Counted from the first letter of the stretch, positions 9,161 through 18,908 are shown. The stretch is DNA of 41,745 nt from Vicinamibacteria bacterium (GCA_017990495.1 JAGNNV010000006.1:1-41745), one strand, 5' to 3'. Notes: a model not told the origin generated them from the letters alone. Made by a program: numbers and translations.

Positions 9161-10072
9161 TCAATCCCTCTTGGAGTGAAGGCTGTGGCCCTTGGCCTCA
9201 TACATCATCTGGTCCGCGCGGGAGAGAGCCCGAGACACGTCCTCGCCGGCCATGCGGACCGCGACGCCGAAGTTGAAGGCGGCGGGGCTCCCCTGTTGCG
9301 CGGCCTCGATCACTCGATCGGCGACCGCGCGGCCTTCCTCCTCCACGAGGGTGCGGACAAAGAGCGCGAATTCGTCGCCGCCCAGCCGTACCAGGATGTC
9401 CTCACTTCGGTGCAGTCGGAGGAGGAAGTGCGCGAACGCCACGAGGACACGGTCGCCCTCGGCGTGGCCGTAGGTGTCGTTGATGGCCTTGAAGCCCGTG
9501 AGGTCGAACAGAAGGCAAGCCCAGTGGGCGCCGTCCTGCTCGAGTTCGGCCCGTCGTTTATCGATATAGCGGCGGTTGAAGCAGCCGGTCAGGGGATCGC
9601 GAACGCTCATCTCCTCGAGGCGGGCCTCGAGCTCTTTGCGCGCCGTTATGTCGCGAACCAGCGTGCGGATCCTTCGGGGATGGCCGAACGAGTCGGCAAC
9701 GAAGACGCTCTGGGTTTCGGCGGGGAATATCGTCCCGTCCTTCCGGCGCATGTTGAACTCTCGAAGATCCTGCTGGGTGCTGCGGACGTAGCGCGTGCCG
9801 CCGCCCTCCGCGTAGCCCCGGGTCAGGCGCTCACGCGTCTCCATCTGGGCGCGTTCGTAGTCGCCTTCGGCGAAGATGTCCTTCGCGGTCAGGCCCTGGA
9901 CATCCTCGGCCGAACAGCGGAAGACCTGACAGGCCAGACGGTTCATGTACAGCACCCGCTCGGTGGCGAGGTCGCCCTCGAGCAGGGCGTCTGGAAACTG
10001 AAGGCGGAGATCCTCCAACTCCTGCCGCACCGCGGCGAGTTCGGCTTGCAGGGCTTCCATGTCGTTCGTCAC
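9161..10072 (-). CDS. PAS-GGDEF diguanylate cyclase with intact I-site
   Basis: PAS-like N-domain, then active site RLGGDEFALF preceded by RSED five residues upstream (RxxD I-site). I place the start at GTG 10070-10072, 6 nt after AGGA, with an alternative ATG at 10060. The 433-aa track ORF would run through pdxJ. Confidence 0.8.
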   Translation of the reverse strand: MTNDMEALQAELAAVRQELEDLRLQFPDALLEGDLATERVLYMNRLACQVFRCSAEDVQGLTAKDIFAEGDYERAQMETRERLTRGYAEGGGTRYVRSTQQDLREFNMRRKDGTIFPAETQSVFVADSFGHPRRIRTLVRDITARKELEARLEEMSVRDPLTGCFNRRYIDKRRAELEQDGAHWACLLFDLTGFKAINDTYGHAEGDRVLVAFAHFLLRLHRSEDILVRLGGDEFALFVRTLVEEEGRAVADRVIEAAQQGSPAAFNFGVAVRMAGEDVSRALSRADQMMYEAKGHSLHSKRD

Positions 10073-10129
10073 GAGCGTTCCTGAGGTTTCGCCGAGTATA
10101 GGCGGCGCCGTTCGCCCAACCGGCGGATA

Positions 10130-10900
10130 ATGGGGGCGTCGATGGCCATAGCCCTCTCCGTGAATCTGAACAAGGTGGCGCTGCTCCGCAACTCGCGCGG
10201 AGGCTTGAACCCCTCGCCCCGGGTTGCCGCGAAAACGTGTCTCGATGCCGGCGCCTCCGGGATCACCCTGCACTGGCGTCACGACAATCGCCACACCCGC
10301 GAGTCGGACGTTCGCGATCTCAGGGCGCTGTGCGCCGAGCGGAGGGTCGAGTTCAACCTCGAAGGCGATCTCCGCGAGGAGTTGATCGCTCTGGCCTGCG
10401 CGATTCGCGTGGACCAGTGCACGCTCGTGCCGGTGACGCCGGGCGAGATCACGAGCGATCACGGATTCTCGCTTCCACGGGAGTCAGCGTTGATCGAGCC
10501 GACGATCGCGAAACTCAACGACCGCGGGATACGGACATCGATCTTCGTGGACGCGAACGCGTCGATGATGGAAGACGCGGCCAAGACCGGCGCGCGACGC
10601 ATCGAGATCTACACCGGACCCTATGCCGAGGCGCACGCCGCGGCCAACCGCGAAGCCGAGTTCATCCGGGTGCGCGACACTGCCCGCGCCGCCGCGGCGC
10701 TGGGCATGGGTATCAACGCCGGACACGACCTCGACCTCAAGAACCTCCCGCGCCTGGCCCGCGAGGTTCCGGAAATCAACGAGGCGTCGATCGGCCACGC
10801 CATCATCGCGGACGCGTTGTATCTCGGCCTCGCCGAGACCATTCGCCGCTACCTCGCCGCCTGCCGAGGTGAAGAGGTCGAAGCCCCGACGACCCACTGA
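10130..10900 (+). CDS. pdxJ: Pyridoxine 5'-phosphate synthase
   Basis: [29 protein letters not shown] and HAIIADAL are PdxJ hallmarks. An alternative ATG lies at 10142. Confidence 0.85.
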   Translation: MGASMAIALSVNLNKVALLRNSRGGLNPSPRVAAKTCLDAGASGITLHWRHDNRHTRESDVRDLRALCAERRVEFNLEGDLREELIALACAIRVDQCTLVPVTPGEITSDHGFSLPRESALIEPTIAKLNDRGIRTSIFVDANASMMEDAAKTGARRIEIYTGPYAEAHAAANREAEFIRVRDTARAAAALGMGINAGHDLDLKNLPRLAREVPEINEASIGHAIIADALYLGLAETIRRYLAACRGEEVEAPTTH

Positions 10901-10918
10901 TATTCGTCGCGGGCGCGC

Positions 10919-12271
10919 CTACTTGTCTTTCTTGATGAGGGCGAGCAGCTCGTCGATCTCCTTCGGGACGTCCTTGGAGAGAATCTCCGGTTCGCCGTCG
11001 GTGATGAGAACGGTGTCCTCGATGCGGATGTGGATGCGCTTGTCCTTGATTTCGATGATGGGCTCGACCGCGATCACCATGCCCGGCCTGAACGGTTCGC
11101 TCGGATCTCCCACGTCGTGCACGGACAGGCCCACGAAGTGGCCGGCCGAACCGGGGCGCTGATCGGCGAAGCCCCACTTCTCGAAGATCTTTCGCCCGAT
11201 CTCCCGGGTCTGGGCGCGCGTGGCCCCCGGACGCATGGCTGCGATGATCGCCTTCTGGGCCTCGAGGTCGGCGCGGTAGGCGCGCTCCTGCAGTTCATCG
11301 AACTTGCCGGACACCGGCCAGGTCCGCGTGATGTCCATGGTCTGGTAGCCGAGCGAGGCGCCGTAGTCCATCACGATCAGGTCGCCGTCTTGAAGGGCGC
11401 GGTCATTCCGGTTGTAGTGCCAGGTGTTGACGTTCGGGCCTGAGCCCACGATGGCGGGATAGGCGTCCATTTCGGATCCGCCCCGTGCGAAGACGTAACG
11501 CGCCTCGGCTTCGAGTTCGTACTCGTAGCGGCCCGCTCTGGTCAGGGCAATCGCGCGCTTGATGCCCTCGGCGGAGAGGCGGCCGTTCCGGCGCAGGACC
11601 TCGATCTCGCGCGGGGTCTTGATCACCCGAAGCGCGTCGATCGCGGGCGAGATGTCCTTGAGCTCGAAGTGGGGATACCGCCGGCGTAGTTCTTCGACCC
11701 TCCAGGCATCCTCGGTGGGCTGGGTGCCGAAACTGGAACTCATGCGCCGGCCCGCGTGAAGCGCCTTGTCGCCGCGGCTCATGTCCACTTCGTCGCGCTC
11801 CGACAGGCGCACGTACAGCGTCTGGGGCGAGGCGTTGCGGCGGCGGGCCAGGAACTCCTCGAGATAGGGAAGGGGATGAATGGCCGAGAAACCTCGCGTC
11901 CTGGCGGCATCGGTCTCCTCCAGCCAGTTCGGCCCATCGACCTCGATCTGTCGTGGCGGTTGCTTGGGGAGGAAGAGGAACGCCTCCTTGCGGGTGGCGT
12001 CGAGGTACAGGAGGCCCGAGAGGTCTTCGTTGCCGGTCAGGTAGAAGAAGTCGTTGTCCTGACGGAAGCGCAGTCCGGGCTGGGGCATCGTCGCCGCGAA
12101 CATCAGCACCGCCGAGCCCGACGGAAGGGCGGCCATCAGCTTCGCGCGGCGTTCCGTGAATTCCTCAGGAGGATAGGTGGCGCGTTGAGCCAGAGCACTT
12201 GAGGCCGCGCTCAGGAGCAGGGCCACAGAAGCCGCCTGGACGCGCCGTGGGGACAGCAGGTTCATTCTCAT
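10919..12271 (-). CDS. Secreted Xaa-Pro aminopeptidase (peptidase M24B)
   Basis: Signal peptide AASVALLLSAASSALAQ. M24 metal-ligand context DGDLIVMDYGA, AGHFVGLSVHDVGD and IRIEDTVLIT. Confidence 0.8.
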   Translation of the reverse strand: MRMNLLSPRRVQAASVALLLSAASSALAQRATYPPEEFTERRAKLMAALPSGSAVLMFAATMPQPGLRFRQDNDFFYLTGNEDLSGLLYLDATRKEAFLFLPKQPPRQIEVDGPNWLEETDAARTRGFSAIHPLPYLEEFLARRRNASPQTLYVRLSERDEVDMSRGDKALHAGRRMSSSFGTQPTEDAWRVEELRRRYPHFELKDISPAIDALRVIKTPREIEVLRRNGRLSAEGIKRAIALTRAGRYEYELEAEARYVFARGGSEMDAYPAIVGSGPNVNTWHYNRNDRALQDGDLIVMDYGASLGYQTMDITRTWPVSGKFDELQERAYRADLEAQKAIIAAMRPGATRAQTREIGRKIFEKWGFADQRPGSAGHFVGLSVHDVGDPSEPFRPGMVIAVEPIIEIKDKRIHIRIEDTVLITDGEPEILSKDVPKEIDELLALIKKDK

Positions 12272-12290
12272 CTCCTTAAGGGATCTCCCA

Positions 12291-14030
12291 TCATCGCCGA
12301 TCCGGAGGGCGGGGTTTGAGCAGCCGGACTCTCATGTCCCCGTACTTGCTCGGGCCATCGCGATCGAAGCAGACGTCGTAGTCGTCGGGCACGGCACGGC
12401 CGCCGACCGTGAAAGCCCCGAGGCGCAGAGCGTGGTCGTTCAGGAGCACGAAACTCCGCCGCAAGCGGTCTTCCGGCACCCGGGACATGGCCATCTGGAT
12501 GGCTTGATGGACATGGTCGCCCTCGCGTGGATAGTAGGCGATCGCCGGAGACACGCCCCCCAAGGCGAATACGAATCCCGGCATGTCCATGAGACCGATG
12601 ACGTCGTTTCCGGGAACGAAGCCGCACGCCCGGGCGGCTGCCTCGAGTCGGCCCAGGAAGCGCGCCGTCTGGCGGTCGGTCAAGATCGTGGTGCGGGGAT
12701 CGCCGACGGTTGCGGCGACCGTCTGTTCCGAAAACGGCGCGGTCAGTCCATAAGGGCTGATGTACGGCGCCGTGGTTGCGGCGATGGCGGCGATCAGGGC
12801 GGGAAGCGCGCCCCGGGCCAGCCGGTCGGCGCGGCCGAGCGTGGAAGATTCGAGAAGGAGGGGCACGATCACGAACCAGGGGGCAAGGAAGAGCAGAAGG
12901 GCTGAAGCGAAGTGGGTGTTGGTACCGAGGGCGCCCAACGCCGGCAGCAGCAGCGCGGCCAGCACGAGCTTTCGCTCCGCGAGGCTCCGCGAGGCGCCGA
13001 TGAGGCTGGGCAGGGCGCACACCAGAATCGCGGCCAGGATGGCGGCGGTGGTGCGTCCCCCGCGCGCCGCCGACCTGCCTCCGAGGAGCGCGTCGTTGAC
13101 CCAGAGCACGCCGAGAAGCATCCCGATGGGTGCGAGCAGGCCGAGGAGCCTCGGCCTTCGCGCTCGCAGGGCGAAGAAAACGAGGATAGAGGGGGCCGCG
13201 AAAAGCCCGGTCTGCACCAGCAATTGCCCGGTTTGAACGGCATACTGGCGCAGGGCGGGCAGCAGTGCGTAGCCATACCCCCGAGTCACGGTGAACTCCG
13301 TCCCGCTTCGGAGCAGGTCCACGAGTTCGGTCGGCGTGCGATGAACCAGCGAGATCGACACCGCCGTGGCCGCCCCGGCGATCAGGGCCACGAGACCGGC
13401 GATGCCCTGGCCGCTCATCGGAACGAGCACGGCGGCCGCGAGGCCCGCGACGACGGCGGGAGGTTTTGCTCCCGCCGCCACCGCGAGGGCAAATCCTGCC
13501 AGGGCGGTGGCCAGATGGGCGACCCAGCCACGTTTCCGGAACGTGAGCAGGAGCAGGCCGAAGCCAGTGGCGAGACCCCAGGCCGTGATGTGGTTGTAGT
13601 TCGGAACAGAGACCCCACGGGAGTAGTAAATGAGCGAACCGAGGCCGATGATCGGGAACAGAGCCCGCCCGACCGCCGGATCGACCTGCGGGCGCATCCA
13701 CGTCCGCAGCCCCAGCGCGAGGACCGCGGACGCAGCCAGGAAGAGAAGAATCCCCAATCGTCGCACCGCCGCGATGTCCCCGCCCGCCAGGGTGAGGAGG
13801 GGACCCGTGTAGTCGAAGAAGAGGGACGGCGAGATCGTCAGCTCGCGCGCATGCCGAGCCGCCAGCAGCGCGAAACTCTCATCCGTGAAGTCGAGGCCGC
13901 GGTCGGCGATGGACCACCGGAAAAGGGTGGCCCCGAGAAAGGCAAGCCAGATGGCGCCCTCCACCAAGACGGCCGCCCGTGCCGGCGCCGTGAGGGGCAG
14001 TTCTCCCGTGGGGGGCGCGCTCTGATCCAT
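12291..14030 (-). CDS. Polytopic membrane protein with C-terminal soluble domain (GT-C-like architecture, function unknown)
   Basis: About 400 aa of repeated hydrophobic helices followed by a roughly 170-aa soluble domain. I see no diagnostic motif, so the glycosyltransferase-like label rests on architecture only. Confidence 0.4.
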   Translation of the reverse strand: MDQSAPPTGELPLTAPARAAVLVEGAIWLAFLGATLFRWSIADRGLDFTDESFALLAARHARELTISPSLFFDYTGPLLTLAGGDIAAVRRLGILLFLAASAVLALGLRTWMRPQVDPAVGRALFPIIGLGSLIYYSRGVSVPNYNHITAWGLATGFGLLLLTFRKRGWVAHLATALAGFALAVAAGAKPPAVVAGLAAAVLVPMSGQGIAGLVALIAGAATAVSISLVHRTPTELVDLLRSGTEFTVTRGYGYALLPALRQYAVQTGQLLVQTGLFAAPSILVFFALRARRPRLLGLLAPIGMLLGVLWVNDALLGGRSAARGGRTTAAILAAILVCALPSLIGASRSLAERKLVLAALLLPALGALGTNTHFASALLLFLAPWFVIVPLLLESSTLGRADRLARGALPALIAAIAATTAPYISPYGLTAPFSEQTVAATVGDPRTTILTDRQTARFLGRLEAAARACGFVPGNDVIGLMDMPGFVFALGGVSPAIAYYPREGDHVHQAIQMAMSRVPEDRLRRSFVLLNDHALRLGAFTVGGRAVPDDYDVCFDRDGPSKYGDMRVRLLKPRPPDRR

Positions 14031-14202
14031 GCGGGCGGTACTCTAAACCGAGGGTGGAAGGCGGGCGGCGCGCCCGAAGGGCTAGCGCAGGCCGAATTCA
14101 GTTCGGCCGGAGCGCGGGGGTTTGGGGGGCTGAGCACTTTGCGGCCCCCCAACTGAGAGAGGAAAGTCTGGGAGTCTGCCAGAGCTTCTGCCGCGCAGAC
14201 TC

Positions 14203-15234
14203 CTAGCCGTTCGGCGATGTGGCGGCTCTCAGGGCGCGAGTCTGTCGCAGGACCTCGCGTGCCGCCTCGAGGGTCTCGGCGGAGACGCCATGCGCGGGTT
14301 CGGCGGCGACTTCGAGCGTCCTCGTCCGGTCCGGATCACCCAGCCCGGCCTCGCGGAAGGCTTTCAGCCGGGCGAGAATCAGGTCGCGGATCTCCTCCGC
14401 GTTTTCCACGCTGTGGAAGACGCCGGTGTGCAGCGGCTCGCCTTCTTCTTCGCCGTGGTCGCCGCCGCCGGCCGAGCGGACGCGCACGTCGGCGAGCCCG
14501 AGAAGACGCTGGAACGGGCCCTGCTTCACCTCGACCTGTTGCAGATTCGCGAAACTCATCGTGGACTCGGAGAGAGATAAGACGCCGGTTCGGATGCGCA
14601 GGCTCCGATCGGTCACGATGTACCAATGCTGCTCGAATTCAAGTTTCACGAGCGCGTAGGTGAACGGGAGTGACAGCAGAAAGCCGGCGATGGCGAAAAA
14701 CTCGAGCAGGAGCAGGAAGGGCACGACCCAGTTTCTGAAGAACGACATGCCCTGGGGCGGAACCCTTGACGCCATCCGGGAGGCGATTTGCCGCATGGCC
14801 TCGTCTCCCGAGACGCGAATGCGCTTCCGACGGGGGCCGACGGGAGAGGGCGAGGGCGACGCCGCGATCACCGGCGCCTCGCCCGGTGATGCGGTGGTTG
14901 CGGCCGCAGCGGCGGTCTCCGACGTCGGGCTCGGGGTTGGACCCGGGTCCGGCGTCGCGCCGGGGGTGGGGCTGGGAGAGGGTGACGCGGCGGTGGCCGG
15001 AACCCGCGGAACGACGCGGTTGACGGTCTCCAGGAATACCGCGGTGAATCCGATGGAGAAGACGATCCCGATCGCCGCGCCTATCTGGGTGGCTCCCCAG
15101 CGGAGGAGGCGAACGTAGTAGTAGTTGCGGCCGGCGCGAAAGGTGCGAACCGAGCCCGGCGCGCCGATGGGGGGATTGGGTTCAGGCGACACCTTGGCCC
15201 ACCGCAGCGCGGCCGCGGTCGCTCGGTCAAACAT
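14203..15234 (-). CDS. YdbT-like bacterial PH-domain (bPH_2) membrane protein with Pro/Ser/Thr-rich insert
   Basis: Internal ATG (15232-15234) overlaps the upstream gene's stop by 8 nt (ATGTTTGA). TM hairpins flank a low-complexity insert SPSPSPTPGATPDPGPTPSPTS. The C-terminal segment HWYIVTDRSLRIRTGVLSLSESTMSFANLQQVEVKQGPFQRLLGLADVRV is bPH_2-like. Confidence 0.55.
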   Translation of the reverse strand: MFDRATAAALRWAKVSPEPNPPIGAPGSVRTFRAGRNYYYVRLLRWGATQIGAAIGIVFSIGFTAVFLETVNRVVPRVPATAASPSPSPTPGATPDPGPTPSPTSETAAAAATTASPGEAPVIAASPSPSPVGPRRKRIRVSGDEAMRQIASRMASRVPPQGMSFFRNWVVPFLLLLEFFAIAGFLLSLPFTYALVKLEFEQHWYIVTDRSLRIRTGVLSLSESTMSFANLQQVEVKQGPFQRLLGLADVRVRSAGGGDHGEEEGEPLHTGVFHSVENAEEIRDLILARLKAFREAGLGDPDRTRTLEVAAEPAHGVSAETLEAAREVLRQTRALRAATSPNG

Positions 15235-15829
15235 CGGTCGCCTTCGTCTCGTTCGCCGGAGTGGACGGCATGGTCGAGCTGCGGACTTCGGTCCGCCAGG
15301 ACAGAAGGGCCTCGCGGGTCGACTGCAGTTCCCGCGCGACTTCGCGCAGCGTCCGCGCCAGTTCCGCGTCGCTCGCACGCGCGGCGGCGGAAGCCGCGGC
15401 CGGCGCTTCCTCGGAGCCGTTCGAATCCGACACGCCGCGCATCCTCGAGTACAGGAAGTCTCGGACCTCCTCGTACTCCTTGAGACCTTCGATGGTCATC
15501 TCCGCGCCCGCGCTGCCGCTCGCGGTTTGCACCAGGATGCGGCTCAGGCCCAGCCATCGCTCGACCAGATTCGAGCGGAGATGGATGTCCTGGATGCGCG
15601 CGTAGTTGAGGATGATCTCGCGCCGGAAGAGGCGTCCCCACCGCATCGAAACTCCCTCCTCGGTGAAGGTGTAGCGCAGCGTGCTGTATCGCACCCATCC
15701 CAGAAAGAGGACCACCAGGAACAGTGGAGGAAAGATGAGACTCGGCAGGGCGGCGAGGATGTAGTAGTTCCACAGCGCCGGGTCGGGCCGCTCGAGCGCG
15801 CGGATCTTCTCCTCGAGTTCTCGGTTCAT
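15227..15829 (-). CDS. YdbS-like bacterial PH-domain (bPH_2) membrane protein
   Basis: TM hairpin, then YTFTEEGVSMRWGRLFRREIILNYARIQDIHLRSNLVERWLGLSRILVQTA. ATG at 15827-15829 lies 4 nt after AGGAGA. Confidence 0.6.
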   Translation of the reverse strand: MNRELEEKIRALERPDPALWNYYILAALPSLIFPPLFLVVLFLGWVRYSTLRYTFTEEGVSMRWGRLFRREIILNYARIQDIHLRSNLVERWLGLSRILVQTASGSAGAEMTIEGLKEYEEVRDFLYSRMRGVSDSNGSEEAPAAASAAARASDAELARTLREVARELQSTREALLSWRTEVRSSTMPSTPANETKATDV

Positions 15830-15956
15830 CCTGTCTCCTGTAAGCGCGCAGACGATCGGCACGGCCGATGATTCCGGACACCGGTTCAAGAGATTAAACG
15901 CTGTCCTCGCTCGCGATGTTCCTCGCGAGGCTCCGGCGTGTGGGTGACGGGCGCGA

Positions 15957-17255
15957 CTAAGCGCGCTTCGACATCACGGTGTAGTCGCGCTTGCCCGAGC
16001 CGAGATACACCTGCCGCGGCCGCGCGATCTTCTGCTCCTTCGCGTCCTCGACCATCTCGTCCCACTGCGCGAGCCACCCCGCGGTGCGGGGGATGGCGAA
16101 GAGCACGGGAAACATGTCGACGGGGAAGCCCATGGCCTGGTAGATGATGCCGGAGTAGAAGTCGACGTTCGGATAGAGCTTGCGCTTGATGAAGTACTCG
16201 TCCTCGAGGGCGATGCGTTCGAGTTCGATCGCGATTTCGAGGAGCGGGTTGTGGCCCGTGACCTCGAAGACCTGGTCGGCCATCTTCTTGATGATCTTGG
16301 CCCGCGGGTCGAAGTTCTTGTAGACGCGATGGCCGAAGCCCATCAGCCGCACGTCGCCGCCCGAGGTCTTCACCTCGTTGACGAACTTGGCCACGTTGTT
16401 CTTGTGGCCGATCTCCTTGAGCATGCGCAGGACCGCTTCGTTGGCGCCGCCGTGCAGGGGGCCGTACAGCGCGCCGATGGCCGCGGCCATCGAGGAGTAA
16501 GGATCGCTCTCCGCGGAGCCCACGGTGCGCATGGCGGTGGAGGAGCAGTTCTGCTCGTGATCGGCATGGAGAATGAAGAGGACCTCGAGGGCCTTCTCGA
16601 GCACCGGGTTGACCTTGTAGGTGCCCTCGGTGCGCTTGAACATCATGTTCAGGAAGTTGCCGCAATAGCTGAGTTCATTGTCGGGCAGCACATAGTGCAG
16701 ACCGGTGCGGTGGCGGAAGGCGTAGGCCGCGATGGTGGGGACCTTGGCGATCAGCCGGTGGATCTGCTGGCGACGCACGTCCTTGTCGCGCACCTTCTTC
16801 GACTCGGGGTAGAAGGTGGAGAGAGCGGCCACCACCGACATCACCATGCCCATGGGATGAGCGTCGTAGCGGAACGCGTCGATCAACTCCTTGATGTTCT
16901 CGTGCACCATGGTGTGGTGCGTGATCTCGGAGGTGAAGGCCTCGTACTGCGGGCGGGTGGGAAGCTCGCCGTTGAGCAGGAGGTAGGAGGTCTCGAGGTG
17001 GTTCGACTGCTCGGCGAGCTGCTCGATGGGATAACCGCGGTAGTTGAGAATGCCGATATCGCCATCGATAAAGGTGATGCGCGAGGTGCACGACGCGGTG
17101 TTCGTATACGCCGGATCGTAGGACATGAGACCAAAGTCATCGGCCGCGGTCTTGATCTGCCTTATGTCGATCGCGTTGATGGTCCCGTTCTTGATCGGGA
17201 TTTCGTAAACCTTGCCGGTGCGGTTATCGGTGATCGACAGTGTGTCTTTGGTCAT
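15957..17255 (-). CDS. gltA: Citrate synthase (type II)
   Basis: 432 aa with canonical segments GPLHGGANEAV, MGFGHRVYKNFDPRA and DFYSGIIY. Confidence 0.95.
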   Translation of the reverse strand: MTKDTLSITDNRTGKVYEIPIKNGTINAIDIRQIKTAADDFGLMSYDPAYTNTASCTSRITFIDGDIGILNYRGYPIEQLAEQSNHLETSYLLLNGELPTRPQYEAFTSEITHHTMVHENIKELIDAFRYDAHPMGMVMSVVAALSTFYPESKKVRDKDVRRQQIHRLIAKVPTIAAYAFRHRTGLHYVLPDNELSYCGNFLNMMFKRTEGTYKVNPVLEKALEVLFILHADHEQNCSSTAMRTVGSAESDPYSSMAAAIGALYGPLHGGANEAVLRMLKEIGHKNNVAKFVNEVKTSGGDVRLMGFGHRVYKNFDPRAKIIKKMADQVFEVTGHNPLLEIAIELERIALEDEYFIKRKLYPNVDFYSGIIYQAMGFPVDMFPVLFAIPRTAGWLAQWDEMVEDAKEQKIARPRQVYLGSGKRDYTVMSKRA

Positions 17256-17450
17256 GCCTGTTGTTTCGCGGCTCCCTTGACCGCTTGGTCCAGGGCGGAG
17301 GCTAGCAAAGGTCCGCGAGGACCGAAAACCGACAACAGAAATTCCCGAACGGTTGTTTCGTATGCCGGACGTTCGATGGTGCGCCCATCGGAGGCCGCCC
17401 CGCGATGCCCTCTGCGCCCGCGGTTAAAATAAAGGTTTTGGAGGCTTCCG

Positions 17451-18788
17451 ATGAGGCAATCGATCCACCGACTCGCGTCGCTCGGCGCACTGGCCCTGCT
17501 GCTCTCAACCGCTCCGGTGGAGGCGACCCAGAAAGCGAAGGCGTCCCGCCCGGCGGACGAGGGGGCCATGCACGCGGCCATCGATGCCGCCGCGGCCGCC
17601 ATCCTGCCGAAGGTTGTGGCCTGGCGTCGAGACTTCCACGAACATCCCGAACTCGGGAACCGCGAGGTCCGCACCGCGAAGATCGTGGCCGAGGAGTTGA
17701 AGGCCCTCGGCTTCGAGGTGAAGACCGGGGTGGCCAAGACCGGCGTGGTCGGCCTGCTGCGCGGCGGGAGGCCGGGCCCTGTGGTGGCCCTGCGTTCCGA
17801 CATGGACGCTCTGCCCGTGGCGGAGGAAGTGGACCTGCCCTTCAAATCGAAAGCCACCGCCGAATGGGCTGGTCAGACAACCGGAGTGATGCACGCCTGC
17901 GGCCACGACAACCATCTCGCCATGCTGCTTGGCGCGGCCCACGTTCTCTCGGGCATGAAGGCGCAGCTCTCGGGCAGCGTGAAGTTCATCTTCCAGCCTG
18001 CCGAGGAGGGCGCGCCTCCCGGCGAAGAGGGAGGGGCCAAGCTCATGATCGACGAGGGCGTCTTGAATGAACCGAAGGTCGACGCGATCTTCGGCCTCCA
18101 CGTCTTTCCCTACGAGACGGGGACGGTAGCCTGGCGCTCCCGCGGCATCATGGCCGCGGCCGACAACATCGACATCGTGGTCACGGGCCGGCAGACCCAC
18201 GGGGCCCAGCCGTGGGCCGGGGTGGATCCCATCGTGGTGAGTTCGCAGATCGTGCTGGGGTTGCAGACCCTGGTCTCGCGTCAGGTCGATCTCACCCTCG
18301 CTCCCGCCATCGTCACCATCGGTGCCTTCAATGGTGGGAACCGCCGCAACATCATCCCCAACGAGGTGAAGCTTTCGGGCACGCTGCGCACCTACGACAA
18401 AGGGATGAGGGACATCCTGCTCCAGCGGATCGAACGCACCGTGATGCTCATCGCCCAGAGTGCCGGGGCCACGGCCACGGTGACCTTCGGCCAGGGCCTG
18501 CCCGTGACCTACAACGACCCCGCGCTGGTCTCGAAGATGGAGGCCACGTTGCGGCGGGTGGGCGGCGAGAAGATCCTGGCCGACGTGAGCCCAAGCACCA
18601 CCTCCGAGGACTTCTCGTTCTTCCAGGAGAAGGTGCCGGGCATCTTCTTCTTTCTCGGCGTAACGCCGAAAGGCACTCCCGCATCCGAGATCTACGCGAA
18701 CCATTCACCGCGTTTCTTCGCGGATGAGGGAGCCCTGATCACTGGAGTCCGCGCCCTCGTCAATCTGGCTGCGGACTACCTAAGATAG
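17451..18788 (+). CDS. Secreted M20D-family amidohydrolase (N-acyl-amino acid amidohydrolase/hippuricase type)
   Basis: Signal peptide, then RRDFHEHPELGNRE, ALRSDMDALPV, MHACGHDNH and FIFQPAEEG. GGAGG lies 6 nt before the ATG. Confidence 0.85.
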   Translation: MRQSIHRLASLGALALLLSTAPVEATQKAKASRPADEGAMHAAIDAAAAAILPKVVAWRRDFHEHPELGNREVRTAKIVAEELKALGFEVKTGVAKTGVVGLLRGGRPGPVVALRSDMDALPVAEEVDLPFKSKATAEWAGQTTGVMHACGHDNHLAMLLGAAHVLSGMKAQLSGSVKFIFQPAEEGAPPGEEGGAKLMIDEGVLNEPKVDAIFGLHVFPYETGTVAWRSRGIMAAADNIDIVVTGRQTHGAQPWAGVDPIVVSSQIVLGLQTLVSRQVDLTLAPAIVTIGAFNGGNRRNIIPNEVKLSGTLRTYDKGMRDILLQRIERTVMLIAQSAGATATVTFGQGLPVTYNDPALVSKMEATLRRVGGEKILADVSPSTTSEDFSFFQEKVPGIFFFLGVTPKGTPASEIYANHSPRFFADEGALITGVRALVNLAADYLR

Positions 18789-18908
18789 GGGTAGGCCCTG
18801 TTGCTATCCTCAAGCCATTGTGCTTGCCCTACCGGATTCGTGTAACCTTACGAGCTAAGCACAATTGAGTCCGCCCAGAACGTGGGCACTATCTAGAGGT
18901 TTCACACT

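Noticed and set aside
8099-10084. 661-aa plus-strand ORF
   Set aside because: It is fully antisense to the SSF transporter end, apaH and the GGDEF gene, all of which carry clear family motifs. Its composition is Ala/Gly/Arg/Val-dominated with no recognisable domain. I treat it as a shadow ORF.
12268-14156. 477-aa minus-strand and 414-aa plus-strand ORFs overlapping the 579-aa membrane protein gene
   Set aside because: Both are extremely Arg/Gly/Pro-rich and overlap a frame that encodes coherent TM helices. I regard them as GC-skew artefacts.
17256-17450. 195-bp divergent spacer between gltA and the M20 amidohydrolase, considered as a site for a small RNA or riboswitch
   Set aside because: I see only a short GGTCC-GCGA-GGACC hairpin and an AT-rich patch next to the M20 ribosome-binding site. 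Nothing resembles a known RNA class. It is most simply a pair of divergent promoters.
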